A stretch of DNA of 64,000 nucleotides from Pseudonocardiaceae bacterium. GTDB lineage: Bacteria; Actinomycetota; Actinomycetes; Mycobacteriales; Pseudonocardiaceae. The position numbers and the translations under genes are program-made. Below the pieces are notes generated by a model that searched no databases, was not told the DNA's origin, and saw only the letters and a program-made list of their open reading frames with translations. Location of the stretch: positions 3,928-67,927 of the forward strand of contig JBOHGM010000007.1 in NCBI GenBank assembly GCA_050699435.1, given 5' to 3'. Below are positions 30,772 to 41,420 of this stretch, piece by piece (the stretch's first letter is position 1; every line of letters begins with the position of its first letter).

Positions 30772-31347
30772 GTGCGGGTGCTGGGTGTGGATCCCGGGCT
30801 CACCCGTTGCGGGCTCGGCGTGGTGGACGGTGGCACTGGGCGCACCGTGACCTGCGTCGCGGTGGACGTCCTGCGCACCTCACCCGACGTCGAGCTCGGC
30901 GCGCGGCTGGTCGCGGTCGCCGACATCGTCGAGCGCTGGCTGGCCGAGCACCACCCGGATGTAGTCGCGGTGGAGCGGGTGTTCAGCCAGCACAACGTGC
31001 GTACCGCAATGGGTACTGCCCAGGTCGGCGGCGTGGTCGCGTTGGTGGCGGCCCGCGGGGGACTGCCGGTCGCTTTCCACACCCCCAGCGAGGTCAAGGC
31101 TGCGGTCACCGGCTCCGGGCGGGCAGGTAAGGAACAGGTGACCACTATGATCACCCGGCTGCTGGCGCTGCCGGCCAGGCCGCGCCCAGCTGATGCCGCG
31201 GACGCGCTGGCGCTGGCTATCTGCCACCTGTGGCGGGCTCCGATGACGGCGCGGCTTGAGCAGGCCCGGGTCCGCTCGGCGCAGCTCGCCCGGACGCATC
31301 GGACGCGGCTGGCCGCGGCGGCGCGGAAGGCCGGAGGAGCGTCGTGA
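30772..31347 (+). CDS. ruvC: crossover junction endodeoxyribonuclease
   Basis: It reads [19 protein letters not shown]...[12 protein letters not shown]. The GTG at 30772 follows GAGGAGG. Confidence 0.93.
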   Translation: MRVLGVDPGLTRCGLGVVDGGTGRTVTCVAVDVLRTSPDVELGARLVAVADIVERWLAEHHPDVVAVERVFSQHNVRTAMGTAQVGGVVALVAARGGLPVAFHTPSEVKAAVTGSGRAGKEQVTTMITRLLALPARPRPADAADALALAICHLWRAPMTARLEQARVRSAQLARTHRTRLAAAARKAGGAS

Positions 31348-31967
31348 TCTCCTCGGTGCGGGGGCAGGTGCGCTCCGTCGGGCTGGACCACGCCGTGGTC
31401 GAGGTCGGTGGCGTCGGGTTGGCGGTGCACGCCGTGCCCGCGACGCTGGCCACGCTGCGAAGGGGTGAGCAGGCTCAGCTGGCCACGTCGCTGGTCGTGC
31501 GCGAGGACTCGCTCACCCTGTATGGCTTCGCCGATACCGAGGCCCGCGAGTTGTTCGTGCTGCTGCAGACCGTTTCCGGGGTGGGGCCGCGGCTAGCACT
31601 GGCGATGCTCGCTGTGCTCGAGCCGGAGGCACTGCGCAGCGCGCTGGCCGAGGGCAACCTCACCATGCTCACCCAGGTGCCCGGCATCGGGCGCAAGGGC
31701 GCGGAGCGGCTCGTCGTGGAGCTGCGGGACAAGGTCGGCGCGGTCGCCCCCGCTGCGTCCAGCCCGGCGCCGGGTGGCGCTATGGCGGTGCGCACCCAGG
31801 TGGCTGAGGCGCTGGTCGGGCTCGGATTCCCGGTCCGCCAGGCTGAGCAGGCCGTCGAAGCGGTGCTCGCCGACACCGAAGGCCCCAACGGGGCCTCCCC
31901 CGCTGAGAGCACTGACACCGCTGCGGTGCTGCGCAACGCGTTGGCTCGGCTGGGGCGCAACCGGTGA
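31344..31967 (+). CDS. ruvA: Holliday junction branch migration complex subunit A
   Basis: It reads MISSVRGQV...GVGLAVH...[16 protein letters not shown]...[16 protein letters not shown]. Confidence 0.95.
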   Translation: MISSVRGQVRSVGLDHAVVEVGGVGLAVHAVPATLATLRRGEQAQLATSLVVREDSLTLYGFADTEARELFVLLQTVSGVGPRLALAMLAVLEPEALRSALAEGNLTMLTQVPGIGRKGAERLVVELRDKVGAVAPAASSPAPGGAMAVRTQVAEALVGLGFPVRQAEQAVEAVLADTEGPNGASPAESTDTAAVLRNALARLGRNR

Positions 31968-32998
31968 CACCGCAGCCACGGCTCTCGGCCGAGCTGGATC
32001 CGGCTGACGTCGATCTCGAGGGCACGCTGCGACCCCGCCGGTTGGCAGAGTTCATCGGCCAGGCCCGGGTCCGCGAGCAGCTGGAGCTGGTTCTGGAGGG
32101 CGCCAGGCGGCGTGGCGCCGCACCGGATCACGTACTGTTCTCCGGCCCACCGGGGTTGGGCAAGACCAGTCTCGCGATGATCATCGCCGCCGAGCTGGGC
32201 AGTGCCATCCGGGTCACTTCGGGCCCGGCGTTGGAGCGCGCTGGGGACCTCGCCGCCATGCTGTCCAATCTCGTCGAGGGCGACGTGCTGTTCATCGACG
32301 AGATTCACCGGGTGGCCCGAGCCGCCGAGGAGATGCTCTACCTGGCGATGGAGGACTTCCGGGTCGACGTGGTAGTCGGCAAGGGACCGGGGGCTACCTC
32401 GATCCCGCTGGACATCGCCCCGTTCACGCTGGTGGGGGCGACGACCCGGTCCGGCGCGCTGACCGGCCCGCTGCGCGACCGGTTCGGGTTCACCGCGCAT
32501 ATGGAGTTCTACGAACCCGCCGAGTTGGAGCTGGTGCTGTGCCGCTCGGCAAGTATCCTTGGCGTGGACCTGCGCGCGGATGGTGCAGTCGAGATCGCCG
32601 CCCGCTCCCGAGGCACCCCCCGGATCGCCAACCGGTTGCTCCGCCGGGTCCGCGACTACGCTGAGGTCCGGGTAGACGGCGCGATCACCCTCGACGTGGC
32701 CCGCGCTGGTCTGGCCGTCTACGACGTGGACGAGCTCGGGTTGGACCGGTTGGATCGCGCGGTACTCACCGCGCTGGTAAGGACCTTTGGCGGCGGGCCG
32801 GTCGGGGTGTCCACCATCGCCGTCGCAGTGGGGGAGGAGCCGGCCACCGTGGAAGAGGTGTGTGAACCTTTCCTGGTCCGCGCCGGCATGCTCGCCCGCA
32901 CTCCGCGGGGCCGGGTGGCTACCGCCGCAGCATGGCGGCACCTGCGGCTGGAACCACCTCCGGCCGCTACCGGAGACCCGACGCTGTTCGACCCGTGA
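31964..32998 (+). CDS. ruvB: Holliday junction branch migration DNA helicase
   Basis: Walker A is [11 protein letters not shown], Walker B is LFIDEIHR, followed by [18 protein letters not shown]. Confidence 0.97.
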   Translation: MTPQPRLSAELDPADVDLEGTLRPRRLAEFIGQARVREQLELVLEGARRRGAAPDHVLFSGPPGLGKTSLAMIIAAELGSAIRVTSGPALERAGDLAAMLSNLVEGDVLFIDEIHRVARAAEEMLYLAMEDFRVDVVVGKGPGATSIPLDIAPFTLVGATTRSGALTGPLRDRFGFTAHMEFYEPAELELVLCRSASILGVDLRADGAVEIAARSRGTPRIANRLLRRVRDYAEVRVDGAITLDVARAGLAVYDVDELGLDRLDRAVLTALVRTFGGGPVGVSTIAVAVGEEPATVEEVCEPFLVRAGMLARTPRGRVATAAAWRHLRLEPPPAATGDPTLFDP

Positions 32999-33094
32999 GA
33001 CCTGCTCGCAGGGTCGAACCATCAACACTGAGACCTGCTCGCAGGGTCGAACCAATCGACACTGAGACCTGCTCGCAGGGTCGAACCATCAACA
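32996..33094. repeat. 33-bp tandem repeat, 3 copies, each with an internal hairpin; the first copy supplies the ruvB stop codon
   Basis: The unit is tgagacctgctcgcagggtcgaaccatcaacac. Copies lie at 32996, 33029 (two changes) and 33062, followed by a partial tgacgacctgg. Inside each unit, gacctgc..gcagggtc can pair. Confidence 0.9.
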
Positions 33095-33144
33095 CTGACG
33101 ACCTGGCACACTCGTGTGAGCACCACTGATGTGATCGGAGAATC

Positions 33145-33525
33145 ATGGACCCCCTGCTCCTGCCCCTGCTATTCATCGCTGTGCTCGCGCTCCCGCTGAT
33201 CCTCGGCTCGCGCAGGCAGAAACGAGCGATGGCCGAGGCGCAGCGGCTACAAGACTCGCTGACTGAAGGTGATCGGGTGATGACCACCTCAGGTCTGCAG
33301 GCGACGGTGGTCGATACCGCCGACGACCGCACCGTGGACCTCGAGATTGCCCCGGGGGTGCGCACCACCTGGTTGCGGGCAGCGATCCGGGAGAAGATCA
33401 CCGACAGCGCGGCAACCGAGGACGACGACTGGCCCGGATCTGCCGGGGACGACGACCAGCCCGAATCTGCCGGGACGCGGCTTGTGCCTCCCCTCGAGGG
33501 CGGCGCGCGCACCGACAAGACCTGA
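33145..33525 (+). CDS. yajC: preprotein translocase subunit YajC
   Basis: It has a single N-terminal TM segment, then QKRAMAEAQRLQDSLTEGDRVMTTSGLQATVV. It sits immediately upstream of secD. Confidence 0.85.
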   Translation: MDPLLLPLLFIAVLALPLILGSRRQKRAMAEAQRLQDSLTEGDRVMTTSGLQATVVDTADDRTVDLEIAPGVRTTWLRAAIREKITDSAATEDDDWPGSAGDDDQPESAGTRLVPPLEGGARTDKT

Positions 33526-33659
33526 TCCCACCCGGGGCAGGTACGCTGCGCAGCCGGTCCCCCGCGGGCCGGGCCGGTGACGGCACTGGCACAGTGGGCA
33601 GCAGATCGCCGGTCGTGGCGCGCGGCGTAGTTGGCTTTGACTGAGGAGAACCATCCACC

Positions 33660-35366
33660 GTGGCACCACCGGCCGGGCATGTCAGCCCGTGGCGCAACCT
33701 GGCGATCTTCGCCGGAGTCGTTGCCGTTCTGTACTCCCTGGTTTTTTTCACCGGTGGCGGTGACCCGACGCCCAAGCTGGGTATCGACCTGCAGGGCGGT
33801 ACCCGAGTTACCCTGACTGCCCGCACCGCCGACGGTCAGGAACCGTCCCGGGAGTCCCTCGACCAGGCTCGCCAGATCATCGAGGAGCGGGTCAACGGCA
33901 TTGGTGTCAGCGGCGCGGAGGTCGTCCTCGACGGCACAAACTTGATCATCACAGTACCCGGCGAGAACGGCGACCAGGCTCGTACGCTCGGGCAGACCGC
34001 CAAGCTGTACTTCCGGCCGGTGATCACCCAGCAGGCTGCCGGGCCGCCCGCGTCGCCCCCCGCGACGCCGGAACCAGGCGGTGGCGGACCTGCTTTGCCC
34101 GCAGAGCCGAGTCAAGCGCCCATCCCGGAAGGCGCGCCGACCCCGGTCGCTCCGCAGCGGGCCCAGCCACCGTCGGACGAGCCGACCTCGCCCACTGCAC
34201 CTCCGACCAGTTCGCCGCCCCGGGTCGGGCAGGCTCCGGAGGATCCGGCGGACCCGGAGCTGGCCGAGCAGATCCGGCAGGTCCGCGCGTTGCTGCAGAG
34301 CCAGGACCCTGCCGTGCAGCAGCAGGCACTGGCCAGGCTGAACTGTGCGGTGCCCAACCCCCTGCGGGGCAACGACGACCCGGCGCTGCCGCTGGTCACC
34401 TGCAACCAGGACGGCACCGCCAAGTACCTGCTCGGGCCGGCCTTCATGTCCGGTGAGCAGATCGCCGACGCGTCGGCCGGTCCGAGCCAGCAGGGTGCGG
34501 GTTTCGAGGTGAGCCTGGACCTCGACCGCGAGGGCGAGGACATCTGGGCGCGGTACACCGCGCAAAACATCGGCAGGCAGGCTGCGATCGTGCTGGACAG
34601 CAAGGTGGTCTCGGCCCCGCGGATCGAGGGTGCTGTTCCACCTGGCAGTTTGACCCGTATCACCGGCCAGTTCACCCAGGTCGAGGCCCAGGACCTGGCT
34701 AATGTGCTCAAATACGGCGCGCTGCCACTGTCCTTCGAGGCATCGGAGTCCGAGACGGTATCGGCCACGCTGGGACTCTCCTCGCTGCGCGCCGGATTGT
34801 TCGCCGGGGCGATCGGGCTGGCCGTAGTGTTCGTCTACTGCCTCGTCTACTACCGGGTTCTCGGGGTACTGACGATCCTGTCCCTGGTGCTGTCCGGGCT
34901 GATCGTCTACGCCGTGCTGATCCTGCTCGGCCGCTGGATCGGGTTCACCCTCGATTTGGCCGGTGTCGCAGGCTTCATCGTCGCCATCGGCATCACCGCG
35001 GACTCGTTCGTAATCTTCTTCGAGCGGCTCAAGGACGAGATCAGGGATGGCCGAACGTTCCGCTCCGCCGTTCCGCGGGCCTGGGTCCGGGCCAGGCGCA
35101 CCATCCTGTCCGCGGACGCGGTGAGTTTCCTGGCTGCGGCGGTGCTTTACCTGCTCGCGGTCGGACAGGTCAAGGGCTTCGCGTTCACGTTGGGCATGTC
35201 GACCGTACTGGATCTCGTGGTGGTCTTCCTGGTGACGCATCCGTTGGTGGCGATGGCGGCGAAGTCCCGGCTGCTGTCCCGCCCGGAGCTGTCGGGACTG
35301 GGGGCCGCGCAGCGGGGCGGGGCCGGTGGCCGGTCGGGCTTGGCGACCGCCGGGAAGGGTGCCTGA
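33660..35366 (+). CDS. secD: protein translocase subunit SecD
   Basis: It reads LGIDLQGGTRVTL and has a C-terminal 6-TM SecDF core (FTLDLAGVAGFIVAIGITADSFVIFFERLKDE). A Pro-rich insert lies in the periplasmic domain. Confidence 0.95.
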   Translation: MAPPAGHVSPWRNLAIFAGVVAVLYSLVFFTGGGDPTPKLGIDLQGGTRVTLTARTADGQEPSRESLDQARQIIEERVNGIGVSGAEVVLDGTNLIITVPGENGDQARTLGQTAKLYFRPVITQQAAGPPASPPATPEPGGGGPALPAEPSQAPIPEGAPTPVAPQRAQPPSDEPTSPTAPPTSSPPRVGQAPEDPADPELAEQIRQVRALLQSQDPAVQQQALARLNCAVPNPLRGNDDPALPLVTCNQDGTAKYLLGPAFMSGEQIADASAGPSQQGAGFEVSLDLDREGEDIWARYTAQNIGRQAAIVLDSKVVSAPRIEGAVPPGSLTRITGQFTQVEAQDLANVLKYGALPLSFEASESETVSATLGLSSLRAGLFAGAIGLAVVFVYCLVYYRVLGVLTILSLVLSGLIVYAVLILLGRWIGFTLDLAGVAGFIVAIGITADSFVIFFERLKDEIRDGRTFRSAVPRAWVRARRTILSADAVSFLAAAVLYLLAVGQVKGFAFTLGMSTVLDLVVVFLVTHPLVAMAAKSRLLSRPELSGLGAAQRGGAGGRSGLATAGKGA

Positions 35367-35367
35367 G

Positions 35368-36567
35368 ATGCCGGGAACGCTGCAGCGGCTCTACACCGGG
35401 ACCGGTGCGTTCGACATCGTGGGGCGTCGGCGATGGTGGTATGCGCTGACCGGGGTGCTCGTCGCGGTCTGCATTGGTTCGATCGTGCTGCGTGGGTTCA
35501 ATCTCGGAATCGACTTCGAGGGCGGCACCCGGATTCAGCTGCCTGCGGTGGGAGCACAGGGCCCGATCAGTACCGAGCAGGTGGAGCAGGTCTTCACCGA
35601 GGCAGTCGGGGAACCACCGGCGTCAGTGCAGACCGTCGGCACCGGTGATGCAGCGAGCATCCTGGTTCGTTCCGAGACACTGGGCGCGCAGGACACGTTC
35701 GTGCTGAAGGACACCCTCTTCGAGCAACTGCAACCGCTCGGAACTGACGGCGAACCCAGCGAACAGGTGATCAGCGACAGCGCGGTGAGCGCCACCTGGG
35801 GCGGTGAAATCAGCAAAAAAGCACTGATCGCGCTCCTGGTGTTCCTCGTCCTGGTAACCATTTTCCTCGCGCTGTACTTCGAGCCCCGGATGGCGCTGGC
35901 GGCGCTGGTTGCACTGGTGCACGACGTCCTGGTGACCGCTGGCATCTACTCGCTGGTCGGCTTCGAGGTGACGCCTGCCTCGGTCATCGGCCTGCTCACC
36001 ATCCTCGGGTTCTCGCTGTACGACACGGTGGTCGTGTTCGACAAGGTTCAGGAGAACACGCGCGGACTGCTCGGGCTGACCCGGCGGACCTATGGCGAGG
36101 CGGCGAACCTGGCGGTCAACCAGACCCTGATGCGTTCGATCAACACCTCGCTGATCGCGGTGCTCCCGGTGGTGGGCCTGCTGGTGGTCGGCGTCGGCCT
36201 GCTTGGCGTCGGCACGCTCAAGGATCTCGCGCTCGTGCAGATGGTCGGCATCGTGGCCGGGGCATCGTCGTCGATCTTCCTGGCCACCCCGCTGCTGGTG
36301 GACCTCACCATGCGCAGGCCCGCCTACCAGCAACAGGCTGAGCGGGTCGGCCTGCGCCGGGAGAAGCCGGCAGGCAAGGCCGATGAACCAGGGGAGACCA
36401 CGATCACCCCCGGTACTCGCCGCGAAGAGTCGCTGGCGGCGGCGTCCGGCGTTCCAGCGCGGGTCGGCAAGCCCGCTCCGGCAGGGCGTCCGCGTAAGAG
36501 CCCGGTAGGCAAGGGCGTACGGCCGTCCGGCAAGGCAGCCAAACCCGTGGGCAAGAAGCAGCGCTAA
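35368..36567 (+). CDS. secF: protein translocase subunit SecF
   Basis: The ATG at 35368 is 1 nt after the secD stop. It reads FNLGIDFEGGTRIQL and LGFSLYDTVVVFDKVQEN, with a basic C-terminal tail. Confidence 0.93.
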   Translation: MPGTLQRLYTGTGAFDIVGRRRWWYALTGVLVAVCIGSIVLRGFNLGIDFEGGTRIQLPAVGAQGPISTEQVEQVFTEAVGEPPASVQTVGTGDAASILVRSETLGAQDTFVLKDTLFEQLQPLGTDGEPSEQVISDSAVSATWGGEISKKALIALLVFLVLVTIFLALYFEPRMALAALVALVHDVLVTAGIYSLVGFEVTPASVIGLLTILGFSLYDTVVVFDKVQENTRGLLGLTRRTYGEAANLAVNQTLMRSINTSLIAVLPVVGLLVVGVGLLGVGTLKDLALVQMVGIVAGASSSIFLATPLLVDLTMRRPAYQQQAERVGLRREKPAGKADEPGETTITPGTRREESLAAASGVPARVGKPAPAGRPRKSPVGKGVRPSGKAAKPVGKKQR

Positions 36568-36800
36568 CCTCCTTCGTCACCGGATACCGACTGGGTGACA
36601 GCGGCCCGGGCGTCGGTCCCACCGAGGGAACTACTACTCAGCGTGCTCGTTAATGACACTTTCGTACCTCTCCGGACATACTTGACGGATAGTTATCCCA
36701 GATCCTTGCCTGCGACCCCATTCGGTAGCACGCTCTGTAGCCGTGGGGTCCGGTAACACCCGGAGACGGCCGTGGGTGGCGGCTGTCGTGCCAGGGAGGA

Positions 36801-38363
36801 GTGGGGATGACGGGGTGGGCGGTGCCGGGGTACGTCCATGTTCGGAAGGTGGGTGAGGACCAGGTTGGGAGGCGGGTGGTTGCCCGTCGCCGGATGAACC
36901 GCAGGTTGGTCTCGATCACTTACCTGTCCCAGGAGTTTCTCGCCGACGCTGAGTTCCGCAGCCGCTTCGCTGTCGAGTCCGGGCGGCTCGCGCAAGTCCG
37001 GGACGCCTCGGTGGCCCGCGTTCACCACTACGTGGAGTGCCGCGAGGGTGCTGCCGTCATCGCCGATCACGTAGCTGGGACTCCGCTGCGGGCCCTGCTT
37101 CTCGAGGAAGGCGCCGTCGCGACCGAGGCTGCCGTGGTAGTGCTCAAGGACGCGTTGCGCGGGCTGGCCGCTGGCCACGCTGCGGGTCTGGCGCACGGCG
37201 ATCTCAAGCCCGAGGCCGTGATCCTCACCCGCGCAGGTCGGGCCCGGCTCGTTGACTTCGGGCTCTCCCTCCGCGACGGTCGGCGGTTACTTGCCGGGTC
37301 GACACCCTTCTACCTGGCGCCGGAGCAGTGGTATGGCGGACCGGCCACCGAGGCCGCAGACCTGTACGCGGCCACGGTCACCTTCTTCGAGTGCCTGGTC
37401 GGCGCACCGCCCTTCCATGCCGACAGCCCGACCGGGCTCTTCGCCCGACACGAAGGCAGCGCTCCCCCGCTCGATGCGGTGCCCGGACCGGTGCGCCAGT
37501 TGGTGCAGTGCGGACTCGCCAAGGACCCGGCGAGCCGGCCTAGCGCGCGAGGCTTGCTCACCCAGGTCGACGAGGCGGCAGTGCACGGTCTCGGCCCCGG
37601 CTGGGAGCAACGCGGTCGACGCGAGCTGAGCAGGCTCCTGGCCGGGGTGCCCAAGCCGCGGGTGGTAGATAGTGCGCAGGAGCACCCAGGCCGGGAGCGG
37701 CACGTCCGGCTCGCCGCGGTGCTGGGGAGTGCGCTGGTGTTGGCTGCGGGGCTGTCCAGCCCGCTGCTGCCCAGCGGCCCGGGTAGCGTAGCTGGCGCCG
37801 AAGGGAGGCCGCCGGTGCCGGCATTACCGTCCAGCGGCGCCGCCGAAGTCTGGGCCGAGGCTGCTCCTTCCTCGGATGCAGTGGCCGATCATGCCCCGGA
37901 TCCCCAGTCCGCTGCGATGGCTGAACCCGCCGGGTCGGTTGTCGCGTGTGGCGCCCAGCCCGGCGCGGTGGCCGCTCCGGTACCTTCGGCTGGCGCGGTC
38001 CCGGCCGGTCGTGTCCCCGCCCGGCAGCACGTGCCGTCTCCCATCATCCCGACACCGAGCAGCACCCCAGCACCGAGCAGCACCCCGACACCGAGCAGCA
38101 CCCCAGCACCGAGCAGCACCCCGACACCGAGCAGCACCCCAGCACCGAGCAGCACCCCAGCACCGAGCAGCACCCCAGCACCGAGCAGCACCCCAGCACC
38201 GAGCAGCACACCGCCACCGGAATCGGAGGAGGAACCGACGGTGTCGCCTCCAGGGAAGCCTGAACCGCAGGAGCCGTCCGGGCCGGGTGCCGAGGAGCCC
38301 ACACCACCGGTGGCGCAGGCAGCTTTGCCGGACACCGATGCAGCGGGTGCTGCCAACTGCTGA
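36801..38363 (+). CDS. Ser/Thr protein kinase-like membrane protein, probably a pseudokinase, with a P(T/A)PSST repeat tail
   Basis: Kinase core: HGDLKPEAV, DFGLS, FYLAPEQ. The Gly-rich loop is degenerate (GEDQVG), and the VAIK lysine position reads VSIT. A TM segment (VRLAAVLGSALVLAAGL) is followed by nine P(T/A)PSST units. Confidence 0.72.
   Translation: MGMTGWAVPGYVHVRKVGEDQVGRRVVARRRMNRRLVSITYLSQEFLADAEFRSRFAVESGRLAQVRDASVARVHHYVECREGAAVIADHVAGTPLRALLLEEGAVATEAAVVVLKDALRGLAAGHAAGLAHGDLKPEAVILTRAGRARLVDFGLSLRDGRRLLAGSTPFYLAPEQWYGGPATEAADLYAATVTFFECLVGAPPFHADSPTGLFARHEGSAPPLDAVPGPVRQLVQCGLAKDPASRPSARGLLTQVDEAAVHGLGPGWEQRGRRELSRLLAGVPKPRVVDSAQEHPGRERHVRLAAVLGSALVLAAGLSSPLLPSGPGSVAGAEGRPPVPALPSSGAAEVWAEAAPSSDAVADHAPDPQSAAMAEPAGSVVACGAQPGAVAAPVPSAGAVPAGRVPARQHVPSPIIPTPSSTPAPSSTPTPSSTPAPSSTPTPSSTPAPSSTPAPSSTPAPSSTPAPSSTPPPESEEEPTVSPPGKPEPQEPSGPGAEEPTPPVAQAALPDTDAAGAANC
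38049..38210 (+). repeat. 18-bp in-frame coding tandem repeat, 9 copies (ccgRcaccgagcagcacc = P-T/A-P-S-S-T)
   Basis: Read directly in the sequence. It lies inside the kinase-like CDS. Confidence 0.9.
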
Positions 38364-38436
38364 ACGGCCGAAGGGCGCTCGGACGACACGACCTGGAAGC
38401 GGCGAACCGGGAGGTCGCACCGGTAGGGTCCACGGT

Positions 38437-38976
38437 GTGCGCTCCGGGTCGAACATCAACGACCTGCGGACCATGATCCTCTCACTGGTCCGCGAGATCC
38501 CCGATTTCCCGGAACCCGGCGTGCTCTTTCGGGACCTCGGTCCAGCGTTCGCCGACGCAACTGCGTTCCGGGCACTGGTCGACGCGCTGGTCGCGCCCGC
38601 GCCGGAGGTCGACGTGGTGGTCGGGGTAGAAGCCCGCGGTTTCCTGCTGGGAGCCGCGGCTGGCTACGCGCTACGAGCCGGTGTGGTCGGGGTTCGCAAG
38701 CCGGACAAGCTCCCCGTGGTCGCCGATCGTGAGGCATACGCCCTGGAGTACGGCACTGCCACGCTGGAGTTGGCGGACGGCGTGCTGCGTCCCGGGCAGC
38801 GGGCCTTGGTGGTGGACGACGTCCTGGCCACCGGGGGCACGGTGGCCGCGACCTGCGCGCTGGTGGAGCGCGCTGGGGTTACGGTCAACGGGATCGCGGT
38901 GGTGCTGGAGATCGCGGCGCTGCGTGGCCGGGAGCGGCTGGCACCTCGCCCAGTCCATGTCCTGCTCACGATCTGA
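38437..38976 (+). CDS. apt: adenine phosphoribosyltransferase
   Basis: It reads [24 protein letters not shown] and the PRPP motif [11 protein letters not shown]. The GTG at 38437 was chosen by comparing N-terminal length with the remembered E. coli Apt sequence. ATG 38473 is an alternative. Confidence 0.9.
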   Translation: MRSGSNINDLRTMILSLVREIPDFPEPGVLFRDLGPAFADATAFRALVDALVAPAPEVDVVVGVEARGFLLGAAAGYALRAGVVGVRKPDKLPVVADREAYALEYGTATLELADGVLRPGQRALVVDDVLATGGTVAATCALVERAGVTVNGIAVVLEIAALRGRERLAPRPVHVLLTI

Positions 38977-39071
38977 CCGAACGGGGGCACCCCGGTTGCC
39001 CAGGTCGTTCAGGTCTGGGGGTGGGCGCGGCGGTAGGCTGGCGACTTGACCGGTCAGCACGTGGCGGGAGA

Positions 39072-41390
39072 ATGCGGTTGAGCCAGGACCTGCAGCGCAC
39101 GGCTGCACTGCCGGTCGACCTCGATACGGCGGTCCGGGAGCGACCGCCTTCTGCGACCCGGCGGGTTCGGGCGCGGCTTGCGCGGCGGATCACCGCGCAG
39201 CGCCCCGGCCTGATCAAGCAGGTGCTCGAACCGCTCGCCGCGGTGCACCGTGAGTTGCATCCCAAGGCTGACCTCGCGCTGTTGCAGCGGGCCTACGACG
39301 TCGCCGAGGAGAAGCACTCCCACCAGCTGCGCAAGTCTGGCGATCCCTACATCACCCATCCGCTCGCGGTCTCGACAATCCTCGCCGAGTTAGGGATGGA
39401 CACCACCACGCTGGTGGCGGCGCTGCTGCACGACACGGTCGAGGACACCGACTATTCGCTGGTTCGGCTGACCCAGGACTTCGGTGACGAGGTTGCGCAG
39501 CTCGTCGACGGCGTCACCAAGCTCGACAAGGTCAAGCTCGGCGCGGCTGCCGAAGCCGAGACCATCCGCAAGATGGTCATCGCCATGGCGCGGGACCCGC
39601 GGGTGCTGGTGATCAAGCTGGCGGACCGCCTGCACAACATGCGTACGATGCGCTTCCTGCCACCGGAGAAGCAGGCGCGCAAGGCGAAGGAGACCCTAGA
39701 AGTCCTCGCCCCACTGGCGCACCGGCTGGGCATGGCCACTATCAAGTGGGAGCTCGAGGACCTCTCCTTCGCGATCCTGCACCCGAAGAAGTACGACGAG
39801 ATCGTGCGCCTGGTAGCCAACCGTGCCCCGTCCCGGGACACCTACCTGCGGACTGTGATCGAGGAGGTCTCCGCGCGGCTGTCCGGCTCGCGGATCAACG
39901 CCACCGTGGAAGGCAGGCCCAAGCACTACTACTCGATCTACCAGAAAATGATCGTCCGCGGCCGGGACTTCGACGACATCCACGACCTGGTCGGCGTGCG
40001 GGTTCTGGTGGAGGACGTGCGTGACTGTTACGCCGCGGTCGGTGTGGTGCACTCGGTGTGGCAGCCGATGCCGGGCCGGTTCAAGGACTACGTCGCGCAG
40101 CCACGATTCGGGGTGTACCAATCCCTGCACACCACGGTGATCGGGCCGGACGGCAAGCCGTTGGAGGTGCAGATCCGCACTCGCGAAATGCACCGCACCG
40201 CGGAGTACGGCATCGCCGCGCACTGGCGGTACAAGGAGACCCGGGGCACCCACAACGGTGCCGTCGATGTGGACGAGATGGCCTGGATACGCCAGCTGCT
40301 GGACTGGCAGCGGGAGGCCGCCGACCCCGGCGAGTTCCTCGACCAGTTGCGCTACGACCTGGCGACCCGCGAGATCTTCGTGTTCACGCCCAAGGGAGAC
40401 GTCATCACGCTGCCTGCGGGTTCCACGCCGGTCGATTTCGCCTACGCCGTGCACACCGAGGTCGGCAACCGGTGCATCGGCGCCCGGGTCAACGGCCGGC
40501 TCGTTGCGCTGGAACGGCAGCTGGAGAACGGCGAGGTCGTCGAGATCTTCACCTCGAAGGCCGAAGGCGCCGGACCGAGCCGGGACTGGCTGTCCATCGT
40601 CGCTTCGCCGCGGGCCCGGGCGAAGATCAAGCAGTGGTTCGCCAAGGAGCGTCGGGAGGAGGCCATCGAGCTCGGCAAGGACGCCATCGCCAAGGAACTG
40701 CGGCGGGCGGGTCTGCCGGTGCAGCGGCTGGTCTCCGCCGAGTCGATGGTCGCCGTGTCCCGCGAGCTCCGGTTTCCCGACGTCAGCGCGCTGTATGCCG
40801 CCGTCGGCGAGCACCATGCCTCGTCTCGCCACGTAGTACAGCGGTTGATCGCGCTGCTCGGCGGTGAGGAGGGCGCCGATGAGGTGCTGGCCGAGCGGGC
40901 CACGCCGTCCACTGTCCAGCGTCGGCGGGCGGTTACCGACTCCGGCGTGCTGGTTCGCGGCGCCGGGGATGTCTACGCCAAACTCGCCCGCTGTTGCACC
41001 CCGGTGCCCGGTGACGAGATCCTGGGATTCGTCACCCGCGGCGGCGGGGTCAGTGTGCACCGCACCGACTGCACCAACGCCGACTCGCTGCGGGCCGAGC
41101 CCGAGCGGCTGTGCGATGTGGAGTGGGCGCCCTCGTCGTCTTCGGTCTTCCTGGTCGCGATCCAGGTGGAGGCGCTGGATCGGCATCGGCTGCTCTCCGA
41201 CGTCACCAAAGTGCTCGCTGACGAGCGGGTGAACATCCTGTCCGCTTCGGTGACCACCTCACACGACCGGGTGGCGGTGAGCCGGTTCTCCTTCGAGATG
41301 GGCGACCCGAAACATCTCGGGCACGTGTTGCGTGCGGTTCGCAATATCGAGGGCGTCTACGACGTCTATCGGGTCACCTCATCGAACTGA
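39072..41390 (+). CDS. relA: bifunctional (p)ppGpp synthetase/hydrolase (RelA/SpoT homologue)
   Basis: HD domain: [25 protein letters not shown]. Synthetase domain: [28 protein letters not shown] and ACT domains follow. The ATG at 39072 follows GGGAG; GTG 39021 is an alternative start. Confidence 0.95.
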   Translation: MRLSQDLQRTAALPVDLDTAVRERPPSATRRVRARLARRITAQRPGLIKQVLEPLAAVHRELHPKADLALLQRAYDVAEEKHSHQLRKSGDPYITHPLAVSTILAELGMDTTTLVAALLHDTVEDTDYSLVRLTQDFGDEVAQLVDGVTKLDKVKLGAAAEAETIRKMVIAMARDPRVLVIKLADRLHNMRTMRFLPPEKQARKAKETLEVLAPLAHRLGMATIKWELEDLSFAILHPKKYDEIVRLVANRAPSRDTYLRTVIEEVSARLSGSRINATVEGRPKHYYSIYQKMIVRGRDFDDIHDLVGVRVLVEDVRDCYAAVGVVHSVWQPMPGRFKDYVAQPRFGVYQSLHTTVIGPDGKPLEVQIRTREMHRTAEYGIAAHWRYKETRGTHNGAVDVDEMAWIRQLLDWQREAADPGEFLDQLRYDLATREIFVFTPKGDVITLPAGSTPVDFAYAVHTEVGNRCIGARVNGRLVALERQLENGEVVEIFTSKAEGAGPSRDWLSIVASPRARAKIKQWFAKERREEAIELGKDAIAKELRRAGLPVQRLVSAESMVAVSRELRFPDVSALYAAVGEHHASSRHVVQRLIALLGGEEGADEVLAERATPSTVQRRRAVTDSGVLVRGAGDVYAKLARCCTPVPGDEILGFVTRGGGVSVHRTDCTNADSLRAEPERLCDVEWAPSSSSVFLVAIQVEALDRHRLLSDVTKVLADERVNILSASVTTSHDRVAVSRFSFEMGDPKHLGHVLRAVRNIEGVYDVYRVTSSN

Positions 41391-41420
41391 CCTTCGTGTT
41401 CCTACCCTGCTCGGCAGGTC

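Noticed and set aside
32967-35240. 757-aa minus-strand ORF spanning the yajC-secD region
   Set aside because: It is antisense to the yajC and secD genes, both supported by strong motifs, and it crosses an intergenic tandem repeat. The composition is junk-like.
36568-36800. Lower-GC secF-to-kinase intergenic region as a possible sRNA or riboswitch
   Set aside because: It contains a TTGACG hexamer and a weak hairpin after secF. I could not fold or match it to any known riboswitch or RNA family by eye, so there is not enough evidence.
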